Below are positions 1 through 9,504 of a stretch of DNA of 64,000 nt, piece after piece (position 1 is the stretch's first letter; every line of letters begins with the position of its first letter). This stretch comes from an uncultured Erysipelotrichaceae bacterium (GTDB taxonomy: Bacteria > Bacillota_I > Bacilli_A > Erysipelotrichales > Erysipelotrichaceae), in assembly GCA_927435855.1 (NCBI GenBank), contig CAKMJZ010000001.1, forward strand, positions 9,297 through 73,296, written 5' to 3'. The translations under genes were made by a program, and so were the position numbers. The notes beneath the pieces are model-generated. The model saw only the letters and a list, made by a program, of their open reading frames with translations, was not told where the DNA came from and made no database searches.

Positions 1-2
1 CC

Positions 3-197
3 TATCTGGCATCAGATTTACCAGAAGATGTAGCTGCTGTATTCAATCGGTTAGCTTCTTCTTCAACTCATCACTTAGAAGCTTTCCAACGGCAATTGGA
101 CAATGATGGTTCAGGCGTTCAACGCGGTTCACAAGGACGTAATGTTCAACGAGGTAATTCTCGAAATACTCAAGCCGAAGATTGCATTGATAATTAA
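3..197 (+). CDS. 3' end of a gene cut by the window edge; ferritin-like/DUF2202-like C-terminus (tentative)
   Basis: Open frame from nt 3 to TAA at 195-197 (...DVAAVFNRLASSSTHHLEAFQRQLDNDG...). Family guess rests only on the HLxAFxRQL-type motif. A terminator follows. Confidence 0.4.
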   Translation, partial: YLASDLPEDVAAVFNRLASSSTHHLEAFQRQLDNDGSGVQRGSQGRNVQRGNSRNTQAEDCIDN

Positions 198-217
198 GCA
201 TCGAGAGGTGCTTTTTT
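198..217 (+). terminator. Rho-independent terminator
   Basis: gcatc-gaga-ggtgc hairpin followed by TTTTTT, immediately after the stop codon. Confidence 0.55.
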
Positions 218-246
218 CATAATGTTTGTTAGTACGAAATCTTCTT

Positions 247-1290
247 TTACTCTTTTTCAACCATACGAACGATTTGAATTAGTATTTGAAAACTGTTAGC
301 CATGTCTTGCATACTTCCCACATTCATCACATACGTAGCATGAGTTATGGGATCAAACCAAGCATGAACTCCGGTAACTCCTAAGTGGCCCTGTAATCGA
401 GGTAATGATTTCAATAGAAAGAAAAACTGTTCAAATCGCAGTTGCATCATGCCGAGTCCATACATGATTCCCTGACGAAATTTCTGATTGAATGTGGCCA
501 TATCTTCTATAGAATTTTCACTTATCAACTGAAAGCTGTGTAGCTGGCGAAGAAATTTTTGTAAATCTTCTGTTGTCGTCCACAGTCCGCCTCCGGAAAA
601 GTCGCAACTCAAACTTTTAAAGGTGTGAACGTCAGTCTTCCCAACGAAAAGTGGAGCGATCTCGGTTGGGTCGAATCCATCACTATAGAAACATAATCCC
701 GTGTTTTCCATTTCACAGGGAATTAATATATGATCGTCAAGCACTCTATGGAAAGCCTGGTCATATATTTTTTCGATCATCAATCCCAACAGAACAAAGC
801 CGGTATCTGAATATAGAAACTTCTCACCTGGCTTTGAAATACACTTCTGCTTTTCTTGAGTAAAGCGAATGAGATCCATCGGTCTCCAGAATTTATCTGG
901 TTGTCCAATAATTTCGTCGATAAATACCGTTCCATCGATGGTCTTGCCTTCAAAGTAATCGTTTACTCCGGAAGTGTGACTAAGCAAATGGCGTATAGTA
1001 ACCAGATCTCGATAGTCGACTCCTTGATAGTCGTACAAATGATTGAGTGCACTTGGTTCTAAATAATCATCAACTTTTGACTCAAGGGAAAGTTTTCTAT
1101 CTTCAATCGCCTTAAATATCAAAACCGTGGTCATGAGTTTGCCCACGCTTGCACTGTGAAATTTCTGGTGAGCGATCGTTGATGAGAATTCATAGCTTAG
1201 GTTAAGTTTTGGAAGGTTCATACTAAACTGTAAAGTTTTTAGTTTCTTTGCATGCTTGTTTAACAATGTGTCTATTTTGCCTGTTAGCAT
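247..1290 (-). CDS. Serine hydrolase, beta-lactamase/penicillin-binding-protein-like family
   Basis: 347-aa ORF. SxxK motif (FHSASVGKLMT) near the N-terminus. AGAGGTGA RBS 7 nt upstream of the ATG. Confidence 0.75.
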   Translation of the reverse strand: MLTGKIDTLLNKHAKKLKTLQFSMNLPKLNLSYEFSSTIAHQKFHSASVGKLMTTVLIFKAIEDRKLSLESKVDDYLEPSALNHLYDYQGVDYRDLVTIRHLLSHTSGVNDYFEGKTIDGTVFIDEIIGQPDKFWRPMDLIRFTQEKQKCISKPGEKFLYSDTGFVLLGLMIEKIYDQAFHRVLDDHILIPCEMENTGLCFYSDGFDPTEIAPLFVGKTDVHTFKSLSCDFSGGGLWTTTEDLQKFLRQLHSFQLISENSIEDMATFNQKFRQGIMYGLGMMQLRFEQFFFLLKSLPRLQGHLGVTGVHAWFDPITHATYVMNVGSMQDMANSFQILIQIVRMVEKE

Positions 1291-1382
1291 TTCGGTTTCA
1301 CCTCTATTTTCTTTTATGCATTCTTATAAATATTATACAATGAAACTCTTATCAGAAACATGGCATAGCCTCAATTAGATAT

Positions 1383-1880
1383 TTACTCATAAACAGAGCA
1401 TGTCATTACTTGGACTCTAGCCATTTTATCAACAAGGCGGTTATATTCATTGTCAGAGTGAGCCTTCACTTTAATAAATCTGATTTTTATTTTTTCTCTG
1501 GCACTATCGACATAATTTGCATACTCAATAAAGTTTGGACATGCCTTGTGTCGAATCTTGATATTTTCAGTATGTGAGAAAAAATCTTGACCGTTCCAAT
1601 CATGGTAAATCCTAATATGGGTGAACCCCTGAGAGATAGCTGCTTTTATTGCGGTCTTAACAGCCGTCATTTCAGCAATGCTCGATCCGTAGTTAATTTG
1701 TGATTTCAGTTTCTTTCCGAAAGCTATACGGTATGGTCGCTTACTTGTTCCATCAAATAATACAACAGCACAACCTATGACATATGTTGTTGGGTTGTAG
1801 CTACCGTCTATGTAAATTTTCGCAATTCTTATTTTCATCTTGATGTCCTGATGTATTGTAATCGATTTGTCTAGCATCAT
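1383..1880 (-). CDS. RNase H-like domain protein (RNase HI/RVT_3-type, no hybrid-binding domain)
   Basis: YIDGS...SSIAEMTAV...IYHDW...VKAHSDNEYNRLVDKMA matches the D-E-D-D RNase H layout. GAAAGGAAA RBS upstream of the ATG at 1880. Confidence 0.6.
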   Translation of the reverse strand: MMLDKSITIHQDIKMKIRIAKIYIDGSYNPTTYVIGCAVVLFDGTSKRPYRIAFGKKLKSQINYGSSIAEMTAVKTAIKAAISQGFTHIRIYHDWNGQDFFSHTENIKIRHKACPNFIEYANYVDSAREKIKIRFIKVKAHSDNEYNRLVDKMARVQVMTCSVYE

Positions 1881-1969
1881 TACAATATTTCCTTTCTTTT
1901 AATTTAACAAAGTTGTGAATGTGTGCTTCTTATGGGTTGTTCACTCAATTTTCATTGGGTCCTCCTAAC

Positions 1970-2022
1970 AAAAAAACCATCAGTCATCAGATGATTGTAT
2001 CAATCACCCAAAAACTAATGGT
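1970..2022 (-). terminator. Long hairpin plus U-tract in the 5' leader of the RNase H-like gene (attenuator, or the end of a small RNA)
   Basis: Minus strand: accattagt...(inner stem tgattg/caatca)...actgatggt, followed by TTTTTTT. Lies about 90 nt upstream of the start codon at 1880. Confidence 0.5.
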
Positions 2023-2209
2023 TACATGTAACATGCCAAGGTCAGACAGAAATATTCTTGCCATTAAACCTTGAAGAATAGGGACATAGTCTTGTCTATT
2101 CCGAACCGGTCGAACAAAATGTTTGCATATTTGTTTTTTTAATCTTATCACAAATCTTCCTAACAATAAATACTGCTTTTGTAAAATAGCAAAGCGATAT
2201 ATGAGTCAT

Positions 2210-2235
2210 AAAAAAAGCCTTAACACAAAGGCTTT
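2210..2235 (-). terminator. Rho-independent terminator of the DUF4230-like gene
   Basis: Minus strand: aaagcctt-tgtgtt-aaggcttt, followed by TTTTTT. Confidence 0.7.
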
Positions 2236-2287
2236 CACTTAATGATTTTGATAATACTGGTTTGACCGAAGGGAAGTAGTTGCTTTA

Positions 2288-2890
2288 CTATTTACCAAAA
2301 ACTATAATAATCTCTTCAAACCCCATAAAACTCAGTAAACTTTCCAACACAAGTTTTGCGTTGTCTTCAGCTTTCACTAAAATACCGCTATCAATTGCTT
2401 GCTTGTCTAGTCGAACCCTAAACTCATTTAAAGTCTTAAAGGTGTCTTCATTACTAACACGATTGAATAGCCCGTCTTTTTCATCATATGCACTATATTC
2501 CAAGATCTCTTTTGAAGTTATCTTTGCCTTGTTTACGTTCAATGTTATCTTCTTATCTACGATTTGAATGTCTTCCTCGGCAAGAGAAGCGAGATCAATC
2601 CCCGATTGGACCTTAGCTTTTATCACAAATATAAACGACTTCTCAGTAAACGGGATTTGAAAGTTATTGATTTTTATAGCCTCTCTGTAATCCAAGATTT
2701 CATTAAAATACATCTCTACCGTGTCTAGCTGTGAAATCAGTTTGATTTCTGTCAATACACCAGACACACCTATTTCGGATTCTCTAACCAACTTGATGTT
2801 GAAAAGGTTAAGCGCGAAGAGCCCAACTAAAATCGCCACAGCGGCGATGATCAATACTTTAATCATATTAAACAATGGTATTTTTCTCAT
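2288..2890 (-). CDS. Membrane-anchored protein, DUF4230-like
   Basis: N-terminal TM helix (VLIIAAVAILVGLFAL). Start moved to MRKIPLF (AGGAGA RBS 8 nt upstream). Family assignment is by overall resemblance only. Confidence 0.5.
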   Translation of the reverse strand: MRKIPLFNMIKVLIIAAVAILVGLFALNLFNIKLVRESEIGVSGVLTEIKLISQLDTVEMYFNEILDYREAIKINNFQIPFTEKSFIFVIKAKVQSGIDLASLAEEDIQIVDKKITLNVNKAKITSKEILEYSAYDEKDGLFNRVSNEDTFKTLNEFRVRLDKQAIDSGILVKAEDNAKLVLESLLSFMGFEEIIIVFGK

Positions 2891-3116
2891 AATATTCATC
2901 TCCTATTCTAAATTCATTATGTCACAGTTCACATATTTTGTATGTAAACATTTTCAATCACACATTATACGTGTATTTATAATTACATTGGGAAACCCTT
3001 TGAACTCTGTTTCAACTCCGCCTAATAACAGTTTTCTATCCATCATTTTCCCCTATGGTTGCCTTAGCATTGAATCCAACGACAAAACATGTAAAATGAG
3101 TATAGGAGGATTTGTT

Positions 3117-4280
3117 ATGGATAACTTTAAATTTCATGTATATACCGAGATTTTTTTCGGTAAGGGAGAAATCAAAAATCTACCTGCCACATTGAGTAAA
3201 TATGGTAAAAATATCTTATTTGCTTACGGTGGCGGAAGTATTAAGAAAAACGGGATCTATGATAAGGTGATGAGTTTGTTATCGGAGAAGTTCAATGTTG
3301 TTGAGTTTGCCAATATCGAACCTAATCCGAGTTTAGATTCGGTCAAACGCGGAGTTGAGTTATGTCGCACCCATGCCATCGATGTAATCTTGGCGGTTGG
3401 CGGTGGAAGTGTTATTGACTGTACAAAAGCTGTGGCTGCCGCGTTTTATTACGAAGGTGATCCTTGGGATTTAGTGTTGGATTCAAGAAAGATCACTAAG
3501 GCATTACCGATTGTCACCGTTTTGACTATGGCAGGTACCGGTTCTGAGATGAATCGCGGATCGGTCATTTCTAATAAAGATCAAAAGTTAAAGTTAGGCA
3601 TGGGAGCTCCGACAACCCTGCCTCAAGCGACATTTATAGATCCGACGTATTTGTATTCATTACCACCGATGCAAACAGCGGCAGGTGCAGCTGATACCTT
3701 CTCCCATGTGTTGGAGAGTTATTTTAAAAAGGGTGAGGATGCCTTTATTCAAGATAAGATGTCTGAAGCTGTGATGCTAACTGTCATCAAATATGCGCCG
3801 ATTGCATTAAAAGATCCGGAAAATTATGCGGCTCGTGCCAATCTTGCGTGGGCAAGTTCGTTGGCACTTAACGGACTGACAGGCAACGGTAAATCCGGAG
3901 CTTGGTCCGTACATTCCATCGAACATGAGTTAAGTGCTTATTACGATTTGACGCATGGAGTCGGATTAGCTATTATCATTCCAGCGTGGATGAAACACAT
4001 CTTAAATGAACAATCGGTCGATCGTTTCGTGTCCATGGGTGTCAACGTATTCAAGATTTCTGATCAACTCGATAAAATGGAAATTGCTAAAAAGGCCATT
4101 GAGGCTATGGAGCAGTTCTTTACTTCCTTAGGCATTCCGATGAAATTGAGTGAAGTGGGTGTCGATGAAGAGAAGTTTGAACTTATGGCCGAAAAAGCCG
4201 TAAAGTACGGCGCGTTGAAACATGCTTATGTTCCAATGACAAAGGAAGATGTCATACAAATCTATCAATTATGTAAATAA
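3117..4280 (+). CDS. Iron-containing alcohol dehydrogenase (butanol dehydrogenase/YqhD-like)
   Basis: GGGSVIDCTKA and TMAGTGSE motifs, plus His-rich metal site (HSIEHELS...THG). Start at MDNFKF with an AGGAGGA RBS. The longer ORF-track start (2721) is antisense to the neighbouring gene. Confidence 0.9.
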   Translation: MDNFKFHVYTEIFFGKGEIKNLPATLSKYGKNILFAYGGGSIKKNGIYDKVMSLLSEKFNVVEFANIEPNPSLDSVKRGVELCRTHAIDVILAVGGGSVIDCTKAVAAAFYYEGDPWDLVLDSRKITKALPIVTVLTMAGTGSEMNRGSVISNKDQKLKLGMGAPTTLPQATFIDPTYLYSLPPMQTAAGAADTFSHVLESYFKKGEDAFIQDKMSEAVMLTVIKYAPIALKDPENYAARANLAWASSLALNGLTGNGKSGAWSVHSIEHELSAYYDLTHGVGLAIIIPAWMKHILNEQSVDRFVSMGVNVFKISDQLDKMEIAKKAIEAMEQFFTSLGIPMKLSEVGVDEEKFELMAEKAVKYGALKHAYVPMTKEDVIQIYQLCK

Positions 4281-4303
4281 GCGGGTCTCCCCGCTTATTT
4301 TTA
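4281..4303 (+). terminator. Rho-independent terminator (between convergent genes)
   Basis: gcggg-tctc-cccgc hairpin followed by a T-rich run. Confidence 0.6.
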
Positions 4304-4792
4304 TTTGATCCACACTTCTTCGACTTCACCGATAATCATGGTATGAATATCTCCATTAGGATACATTTTTCGTTTGATATCATCTTCAATATTTTTTCCA
4401 TCCAGTGGTTGAACCATGATTTTCTTACATTTGATAATCAGATCGGCTTGCTCAAAATACAGAGCGCCGTTTTCAATGTGATACGGAATTCCGCATTCTT
4501 TGATTTTATCGCGATCCCGACCACTGATTGATCCTAGATAGTTCAATACTGGTCGGTGTTGTTGAGAGAAAAAAGATAGGGTAAAGTGATCGTCTTTTTC
4601 AAGTAACTCATGTGTGTATCGGGTCGGGCGCACGTAAATCGTTGCGATCGGGCGATTCCACAGCGTACCGATGGATCCCCAACTAGCCGTCATAGCATTG
4701 ACTTTATGTTTGGCCACACCAATCAGACACCACTGATAGTTAAATAGGGAGAAAGATGAGACATTAAGTTCAGATAAATGGATTTGTTTCAT
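4301..4792 (-). CDS. Flavin reductase-like (FMN-binding split-barrel) protein
   Basis: NAMTASWGS...SGRDRDK pattern typical of the Flavin_Reduct domain. Confidence 0.7.
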   Translation of the reverse strand: MKQIHLSELNVSSFSLFNYQWCLIGVAKHKVNAMTASWGSIGTLWNRPIATIYVRPTRYTHELLEKDDHFTLSFFSQQHRPVLNYLGSISGRDRDKIKECGIPYHIENGALYFEQADLIIKCKKIMVQPLDGKNIEDDIKRKMYPNGDIHTMIIGEVEEVWIK

Positions 4793-4844
4793 AGGTCACC
4801 TCTGATATATTCCTATTTTAACATAAAAAGGCACATTTCTGTGC

Positions 4845-5753
4845 CTAGGGTTGAATATTGAAAGTTACGATACCGCTAGTCATTGATACATTGTAATTGT
4901 CACGACCATTTTGATATTTATATGGTGAACTCGAGGATGCGTTTGGCCATTTGGCATTAAACATTCCTGAAGTCTTCTCGACTCGAACCTCAAAGTCCGC
5001 TTCTTTGACAAATGTCATCTCGATCATTCCTGAGGTCATATTTACATCGAGATCACCTGGAGCAACTTCCAATAGGTTTGCTCGAATGCGACCGCTGGTC
5101 ATATTCGCTTTCCAACGTTCACTCACCACACCATCAAACAAAACATCTCCAGAAGTAAGTTTCAACTGTAAAGTATTTGTACGGACTTGATCGATATCTA
5201 AGTCGCCGCTGGTTATGTCAATATACACATTCTCACTTGTCATTCGCAGTATATCGAAGTTTCCGGAAGTCGCTTTTAAGTCCAGGACTTTAACTTGAAT
5301 ATCTTCAATCACGTATTCACCCGAAGTAGCTTCCATCGCGAACTCTTCATACATCTTTTCAGGCAAGTACAATTCGAGGTAGCTGCTCGGAGTGAAGAAA
5401 GTAAAGATATTCCAGACGGATTTAATTCGGCTTTTGATGGTGAGCTGTCCATTGTTCACGGTAACATCCGCCCACTGATTCTCATCAAGATCAAACTGCG
5501 ATTTTTCGACTAATTGAAGTTTACCATCAGTTGCCTTTTTAACATGGACACCCCCAGTAATCCATTCAACGGAAATTGAAGTAACTTCATCATTAACGGT
5601 TTGTTGTTGTAATTGCTTCATATCCCCTTTTACTGGATTGAAGTTTGAAAATGGATTGCTGCCTTGGGCAAAGATGAAGAATATGGCCAGCGCACCGGCT
5701 AGAACGAATGTCCAGACAGCGGCGGTCAATAATGCAACGGCACGCCTACTCAT
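4845..5753 (-). CDS. DUF4097-type beta-strand repeat protein (putative adhesin fold), membrane anchored
   Basis: N-terminal TM helix. Repeated TSG(D/N/R/M) strand motifs (TSGNFDI, TSGDLDI, TSGDVLF, TSGRIRA, TSGMIEM, TSGIVTF). Confidence 0.7.
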   Translation of the reverse strand: MSRRAVALLTAAVWTFVLAGALAIFFIFAQGSNPFSNFNPVKGDMKQLQQQTVNDEVTSISVEWITGGVHVKKATDGKLQLVEKSQFDLDENQWADVTVNNGQLTIKSRIKSVWNIFTFFTPSSYLELYLPEKMYEEFAMEATSGEYVIEDIQVKVLDLKATSGNFDILRMTSENVYIDITSGDLDIDQVRTNTLQLKLTSGDVLFDGVVSERWKANMTSGRIRANLLEVAPGDLDVNMTSGMIEMTFVKEADFEVRVEKTSGMFNAKWPNASSSSPYKYQNGRDNYNVSMTSGIVTFNIQP

Positions 5754-6402
5754 CTTTTTGTCCCATTATATATAGAGCTTTGATAATGTTATAGATTGCG
5801 GCAGCAATTATGAATATAATCCATGAGTAATGAAAGGATGAAAAGTTGAAGCTGACGTACAAGTAAGTTGCAACAACGATCAACCAGTAAGCAGCGCTTA
5901 ACGCTCCATAGAGTGCACGATTTTTCGTATTTTTTGACTTCCATTCTTTAAACTCTTCGACTAACGTTTCCTCTTCTCTGATGTACTTCGGCTTCGAAGC
6001 TCCGTTGTAAATCAACAGACCAACACCGGTGGCGATGCTTGTAAACATCAAAGCGACTCCAACCGTTTCCAAGCCCAACCCCGAAAATAACACAACCATC
6101 ATCGGACTGATTATAAATAAACCAACAGCGATAGCCACAAACATTGCGCTTTTCTTACGCTCAGCCGGTGTAATTACGGAGAGCACATGACGTTCACGCA
6201 AACCTTCGGTCAGTTCACTCAAATCGCCAATTCCGGCGATAACGATTTGATAAGCTTCTTCTTCAGTTTTTCCCAATTTCAACTGATCATTAAACTTCTC
6301 GACAAGATTGCTGATCAGTTCTTCTTGCAATTCTGTCGACTTCTTGGTTTTTGGTACATCTTCAAATGCCCGTTGAATGTAATTTCTAATTTTTGCGATC
6401 AT
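5746..6402 (-). CDS. Membrane protein with a 'permease prefix'/DUF1700-like N-terminal domain
   Basis: N-terminal helical domain (YIQRAFEDVPKTKKSTELQEELISNL) followed by 4 TM segments. Overlaps the downstream gene by 8 nt. This is the typical PadR partner. Confidence 0.6.
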   Translation of the reverse strand: MIAKIRNYIQRAFEDVPKTKKSTELQEELISNLVEKFNDQLKLGKTEEEAYQIVIAGIGDLSELTEGLRERHVLSVITPAERKKSAMFVAIAVGLFIISPMMVVLFSGLGLETVGVALMFTSIATGVGLLIYNGASKPKYIREEETLVEEFKEWKSKNTKNRALYGALSAAYWLIVVATYLYVSFNFSSFHYSWIIFIIAAAIYNIIKALYIMGQKDE

Positions 6403-6416
6403 GATTTTATTCCTCC

Positions 6417-6737
6417 CTAAATCAGTGAATCAATGAAAAGTTTAGCCTCTTCCCATTCTTGTTTGGATTGGTGATAGTACTTACGTCCATCGTTGGTGAT
6501 TGAATAATAGCGACGTCGTGCACCGGTCGTCTCATCTCCCCAATAGGAGACAATGTGTCCGGCAGCTTCTAACCGTCGAAAGGCTGAATACAAGGTAGCT
6601 TCTTTAAGTTCGTAGAGATAATTCGTCTTTTCCTGTATGGTCTTATTGATCTCATATCCATAGCTGTCTTTTTCTAACAGATGTTTCAGGATGATGGTCT
6701 CCGTATGCCCTCGCAGGATATCGGATGTAATATTCAT
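6417..6737 (-). CDS. PadR-family transcriptional regulator
   Basis: ILRGHTETIILKHLL...DSYGYEI...EATLYSAFRRLE...RRYYSIT is a classic PadR wHTH. Start set at MNITSD (AAGGAGGG RBS). Confidence 0.85.
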   Translation of the reverse strand: MNITSDILRGHTETIILKHLLEKDSYGYEINKTIQEKTNYLYELKEATLYSAFRRLEAAGHIVSYWGDETTGARRRYYSITNDGRKYYHQSKQEWEEAKLFIDSLI

Positions 6738-6817
6738 GTCATCCCTCCTTTGCAATACCATAATATCAGTATATACCTCGCCTGTCAAGGTATATATTAT
6801 ACAAATGTAAATATTTT

Positions 6818-7081
6818 TTAGATATACAAAAACCGAGATAAATGTCTCGGCTCTTGCTGTTTATAAATTTTAATTTCATTCCCAATTTTGGGTCGATTTG
6901 ACTCAATCAGTACGGTAAGATAAGCGATGCTTCCAACTTGAACCAGTAACATAATGAATGCGATGATGATGAAGAATGTTCCTGATTCCGAAATTCCTTC
7001 TAACATAAACCCCAACAGATAAACAATAGCCAACGTGATTACAGCCCATAGAACTCCAATAGATAATGCTCTTTTTATCAT
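6818..7081 (-). CDS. Small hypothetical membrane protein
   Basis: 87-aa ORF with two predicted TM helices. No recognisable family. Confidence 0.4.
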   Translation of the reverse strand: MIKRALSIGVLWAVITLAIVYLLGFMLEGISESGTFFIIIAFIMLLVQVGSIAYLTVLIESNRPKIGNEIKIYKQQEPRHLSRFLYI

Positions 7082-7133
7082 AGTTTCTCCCCTTGCCTAC
7101 TCTATCTTACAACAAAATAAAAGGTAGTCAACA

Positions 7134-7158
7134 CAAAAAAAAGCCCCTTATAAGAGCT
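7134..7158 (-). terminator. Terminator at the end of the fab-plsC operon
   Basis: Minus strand: agctct-tataa-ggggct hairpin followed by TTTTTTTT. Overlaps the plsC stop codon. Confidence 0.6.
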
Positions 7159-7831
7159 AATTTCTGAGTTTAATGATTTTATCGAACACCAGATCACTTA
7201 ACTGCTGATGGGATAATCCTTTGTACTCATGAGGGAGAATGGGTTCGCCGATGGATACGACGATCTCTCTCTTAATCTTTGTTCTTTGATTCAAAAGATC
7301 AGCATTTATCAGAGCTACGGGAACAATCGGCACCTTCGCCAAAGTCGCCGGTAACAGCGCACCCACCTTAAACGGTAATAGTTGATCTGTTTTAGATCGG
7401 GTACCTTCTGGAAAGATCAAAATACTTCTTCCCTCTTGTAACTTTCTAGCCGCAGATCGCAACATCGCCACATTCTCATTGAAATCCGCACGGTCAAAGG
7501 CAATCATCTCAATATTCTTCGCCCACAAACGCACGACTGGCAATTTATTGTTCTCTGCTTTAGAGATATACGTCATCGGAAATGGAATCGCGGCAGTGAT
7601 TAAAATCGGATCAATGAAACTTTGGTGATTGCACGCATAAAAGACTGTATCTTGAGAAAAATGGTGTTTCCCAACGACCTTAAAAGGAATTTTGTTTGCC
7701 TTGATAAAAAAGACACACCAACGATGTAACCAACTGTACTTAATTGAGAAACTCTTATTCTTTAAGACATGTCCCATGATTTGAGCCGGAATCAACCACA
7801 ATACCCCAAGAAACCAATTAAAAATGGTCAT
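7157..7831 (-). CDS. plsC: 1-acyl-sn-glycerol-3-phosphate acyltransferase
   Basis: HxxxxD motif (NHQSFIDP) and FPEGTRS motif. Overlaps the fabZ stop by 4 nt. Confidence 0.85.
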   Translation of the reverse strand: MTIFNWFLGVLWLIPAQIMGHVLKNKSFSIKYSWLHRWCVFFIKANKIPFKVVGKHHFSQDTVFYACNHQSFIDPILITAAIPFPMTYISKAENNKLPVVRLWAKNIEMIAFDRADFNENVAMLRSAARKLQEGRSILIFPEGTRSKTDQLLPFKVGALLPATLAKVPIVPVALINADLLNQRTKIKREIVVSIGEPILPHEYKGLSHQQLSDLVFDKIIKLRN

Positions 7832-8256
7832 GTCAGGTCGACAGCAAACATCAGTTCACCACTCGCTGCTAACTGATCCCCCACATAAGCCTTCGCACTA
7901 GCAAACCCAATCGCACCACGCTGTTGGACTAACTCAACCTCTAGACGCAGCACATCCCCCGGAACGACCTGACGTTTGAAACGGACTTTATCCATCCCCG
8001 CAAAGTAGGCGAGTTTTCCTTTGAACTGTTCTTGAGATAAAAGCAGGACGGCTCCGGTTTGAGCCAGAGCTTCCATTATCAATACCCCAGGCATGACATG
8101 CTTTTGAGGAAAGTGTCCTAAAAAGTGCATCTCATTGGCCGATACCGCTTTGATTCCCACGATTTTCTGACCTTCGATCGAAAGAATCTGATCGACCAAA
8201 AGAAACGGATATCGATGAGGAATGATTTGTTGAATCTGATCAGAATTATAGATCAT
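7828..8256 (-). CDS. fabZ: 3-hydroxyacyl-ACP dehydratase
   Basis: [10 protein letters not shown]...[20 protein letters not shown] hot-dog motif. Confidence 0.95.
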   Translation of the reverse strand: MIYNSDQIQQIIPHRYPFLLVDQILSIEGQKIVGIKAVSANEMHFLGHFPQKHVMPGVLIMEALAQTGAVLLLSQEQFKGKLAYFAGMDKVRFKRQVVPGDVLRLEVELVQQRGAIGFASAKAYVGDQLAASGELMFAVDLT

Positions 8257-8259
8257 GAT

Positions 8260-9495
8260 TTAGCCCTCCCATTTCTTCAAAACAATGGACGCATTATGCC
8301 CGCCAAATCCCAGAGAATTTGACATAGCAACCTGAATGTTCTTTTTTCTGCCAACATTAGCCACCACATCCAAATCGCACAACGGATCTTGATTGACTAA
8401 GTTGATCGTTGCCGGGATGAAACCTTCTTGAAGCGCTTTGATGGAAATGATCGCTTCCACAGCTCCCGAAGCCCCCAACATATGCCCTGTCATCGCCTTG
8501 GTCGAACTCATCATTATTTGGTGAGCATGCTCACCAAACGCCCGCTTAACTGCAAGTGTTTCGGTTTTATCGTTCAACGGCGTACTGGTTCCATGAGCAT
8601 TGATATAATCGACTTGACTTAAAGATAGGTTGGCATCTTTTATAGCTAACGTCATCGCCAACGCACCCATCGAACCATCTTCCAATGGCGCGGTAATATG
8701 ATTAGCATCACACGTCGTTCCATAGCCGACAATTTCACCATAGATTTTTGCATTGCGTGCTAAAGCCGTTTCCATTTCTTCTAGCAATATAATTGCTGAG
8801 CCCTCACCCATGACAAATCCCGAACGGTTCTCATCAAACGGAATCGATGCATAGTTGGGATCCTCGCCCTCATGCAATGCACGCATGACCATAAATCCCG
8901 CAACACCTAACGGTGTAATCGAAGCTTCACTGCCACCCGCAATCATCCATGTCGCATATCCATCACGAATCTTATGAAATGCGACACCGATTGCATCGGT
9001 TCCGGCCGCGCAAGCAGTTACGATAGATGAACAATGTCCATTCGCCCCAGAATCGATCGCCACAGAACCAGCCGCAAGATTAATCAATGCCATTGGGATA
9101 AAAAACGGTGAGATACGCGTTGGACCTTTGTCATTCAAGTTATCTTTCGCATTTTCGATGGAAGCCAACCCGCCGATTCCTGATCCGACAATAACACCCA
9201 GTTGAGTACGATCAATCGACGTCAGATCCAGCATGGAATCAACGACGGCTTGCTTTGCGGCTACCCTTGCAAACATCGTAAAGCGATCATTAAACTTCAC
9301 ATCTCGCTTAGTAAAATATTGTTCGACATCCAAGTCCTTGACTTGAGCTGCCAGTTTAACGCGATACTCACTGATATCAAATGCGGTTATGGAATCAATT
9401 CCACATTTTCCTTCTTCTACACTGCTCCACAATTGTTCAACAGTATTGCCAATGGGAGTAACGGCTCCCATTCCGGTTATTACAACTCTACGCAT
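8260..9495 (-). CDS. fabF: 3-oxoacyl-ACP synthase II
   Basis: Active-site Cys (IVTACAAGT), HGTSTP and GHMLGASG motifs. Confidence 0.95.
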   Translation of the reverse strand: MRRVVITGMGAVTPIGNTVEQLWSSVEEGKCGIDSITAFDISEYRVKLAAQVKDLDVEQYFTKRDVKFNDRFTMFARVAAKQAVVDSMLDLTSIDRTQLGVIVGSGIGGLASIENAKDNLNDKGPTRISPFFIPMALINLAAGSVAIDSGANGHCSSIVTACAAGTDAIGVAFHKIRDGYATWMIAGGSEASITPLGVAGFMVMRALHEGEDPNYASIPFDENRSGFVMGEGSAIILLEEMETALARNAKIYGEIVGYGTTCDANHITAPLEDGSMGALAMTLAIKDANLSLSQVDYINAHGTSTPLNDKTETLAVKRAFGEHAHQIMMSSTKAMTGHMLGASGAVEAIISIKALQEGFIPATINLVNQDPLCDLDVVANVGRKKNIQVAMSNSLGFGGHNASIVLKKWEG

Positions 9496-9504
9496 TGTTT
9501 TACC

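Noticed and set aside
2721-3116. Long N-terminal extension of the alcohol dehydrogenase ORF (519 aa in the ORF track)
   Set aside because: The extension is antisense to the DUF4230-like gene, has no RBS and gives a low-complexity translation. A strong AGGAGGA RBS precedes the internal ATG at 3117, which yields a normal 387-aa Fe-ADH.
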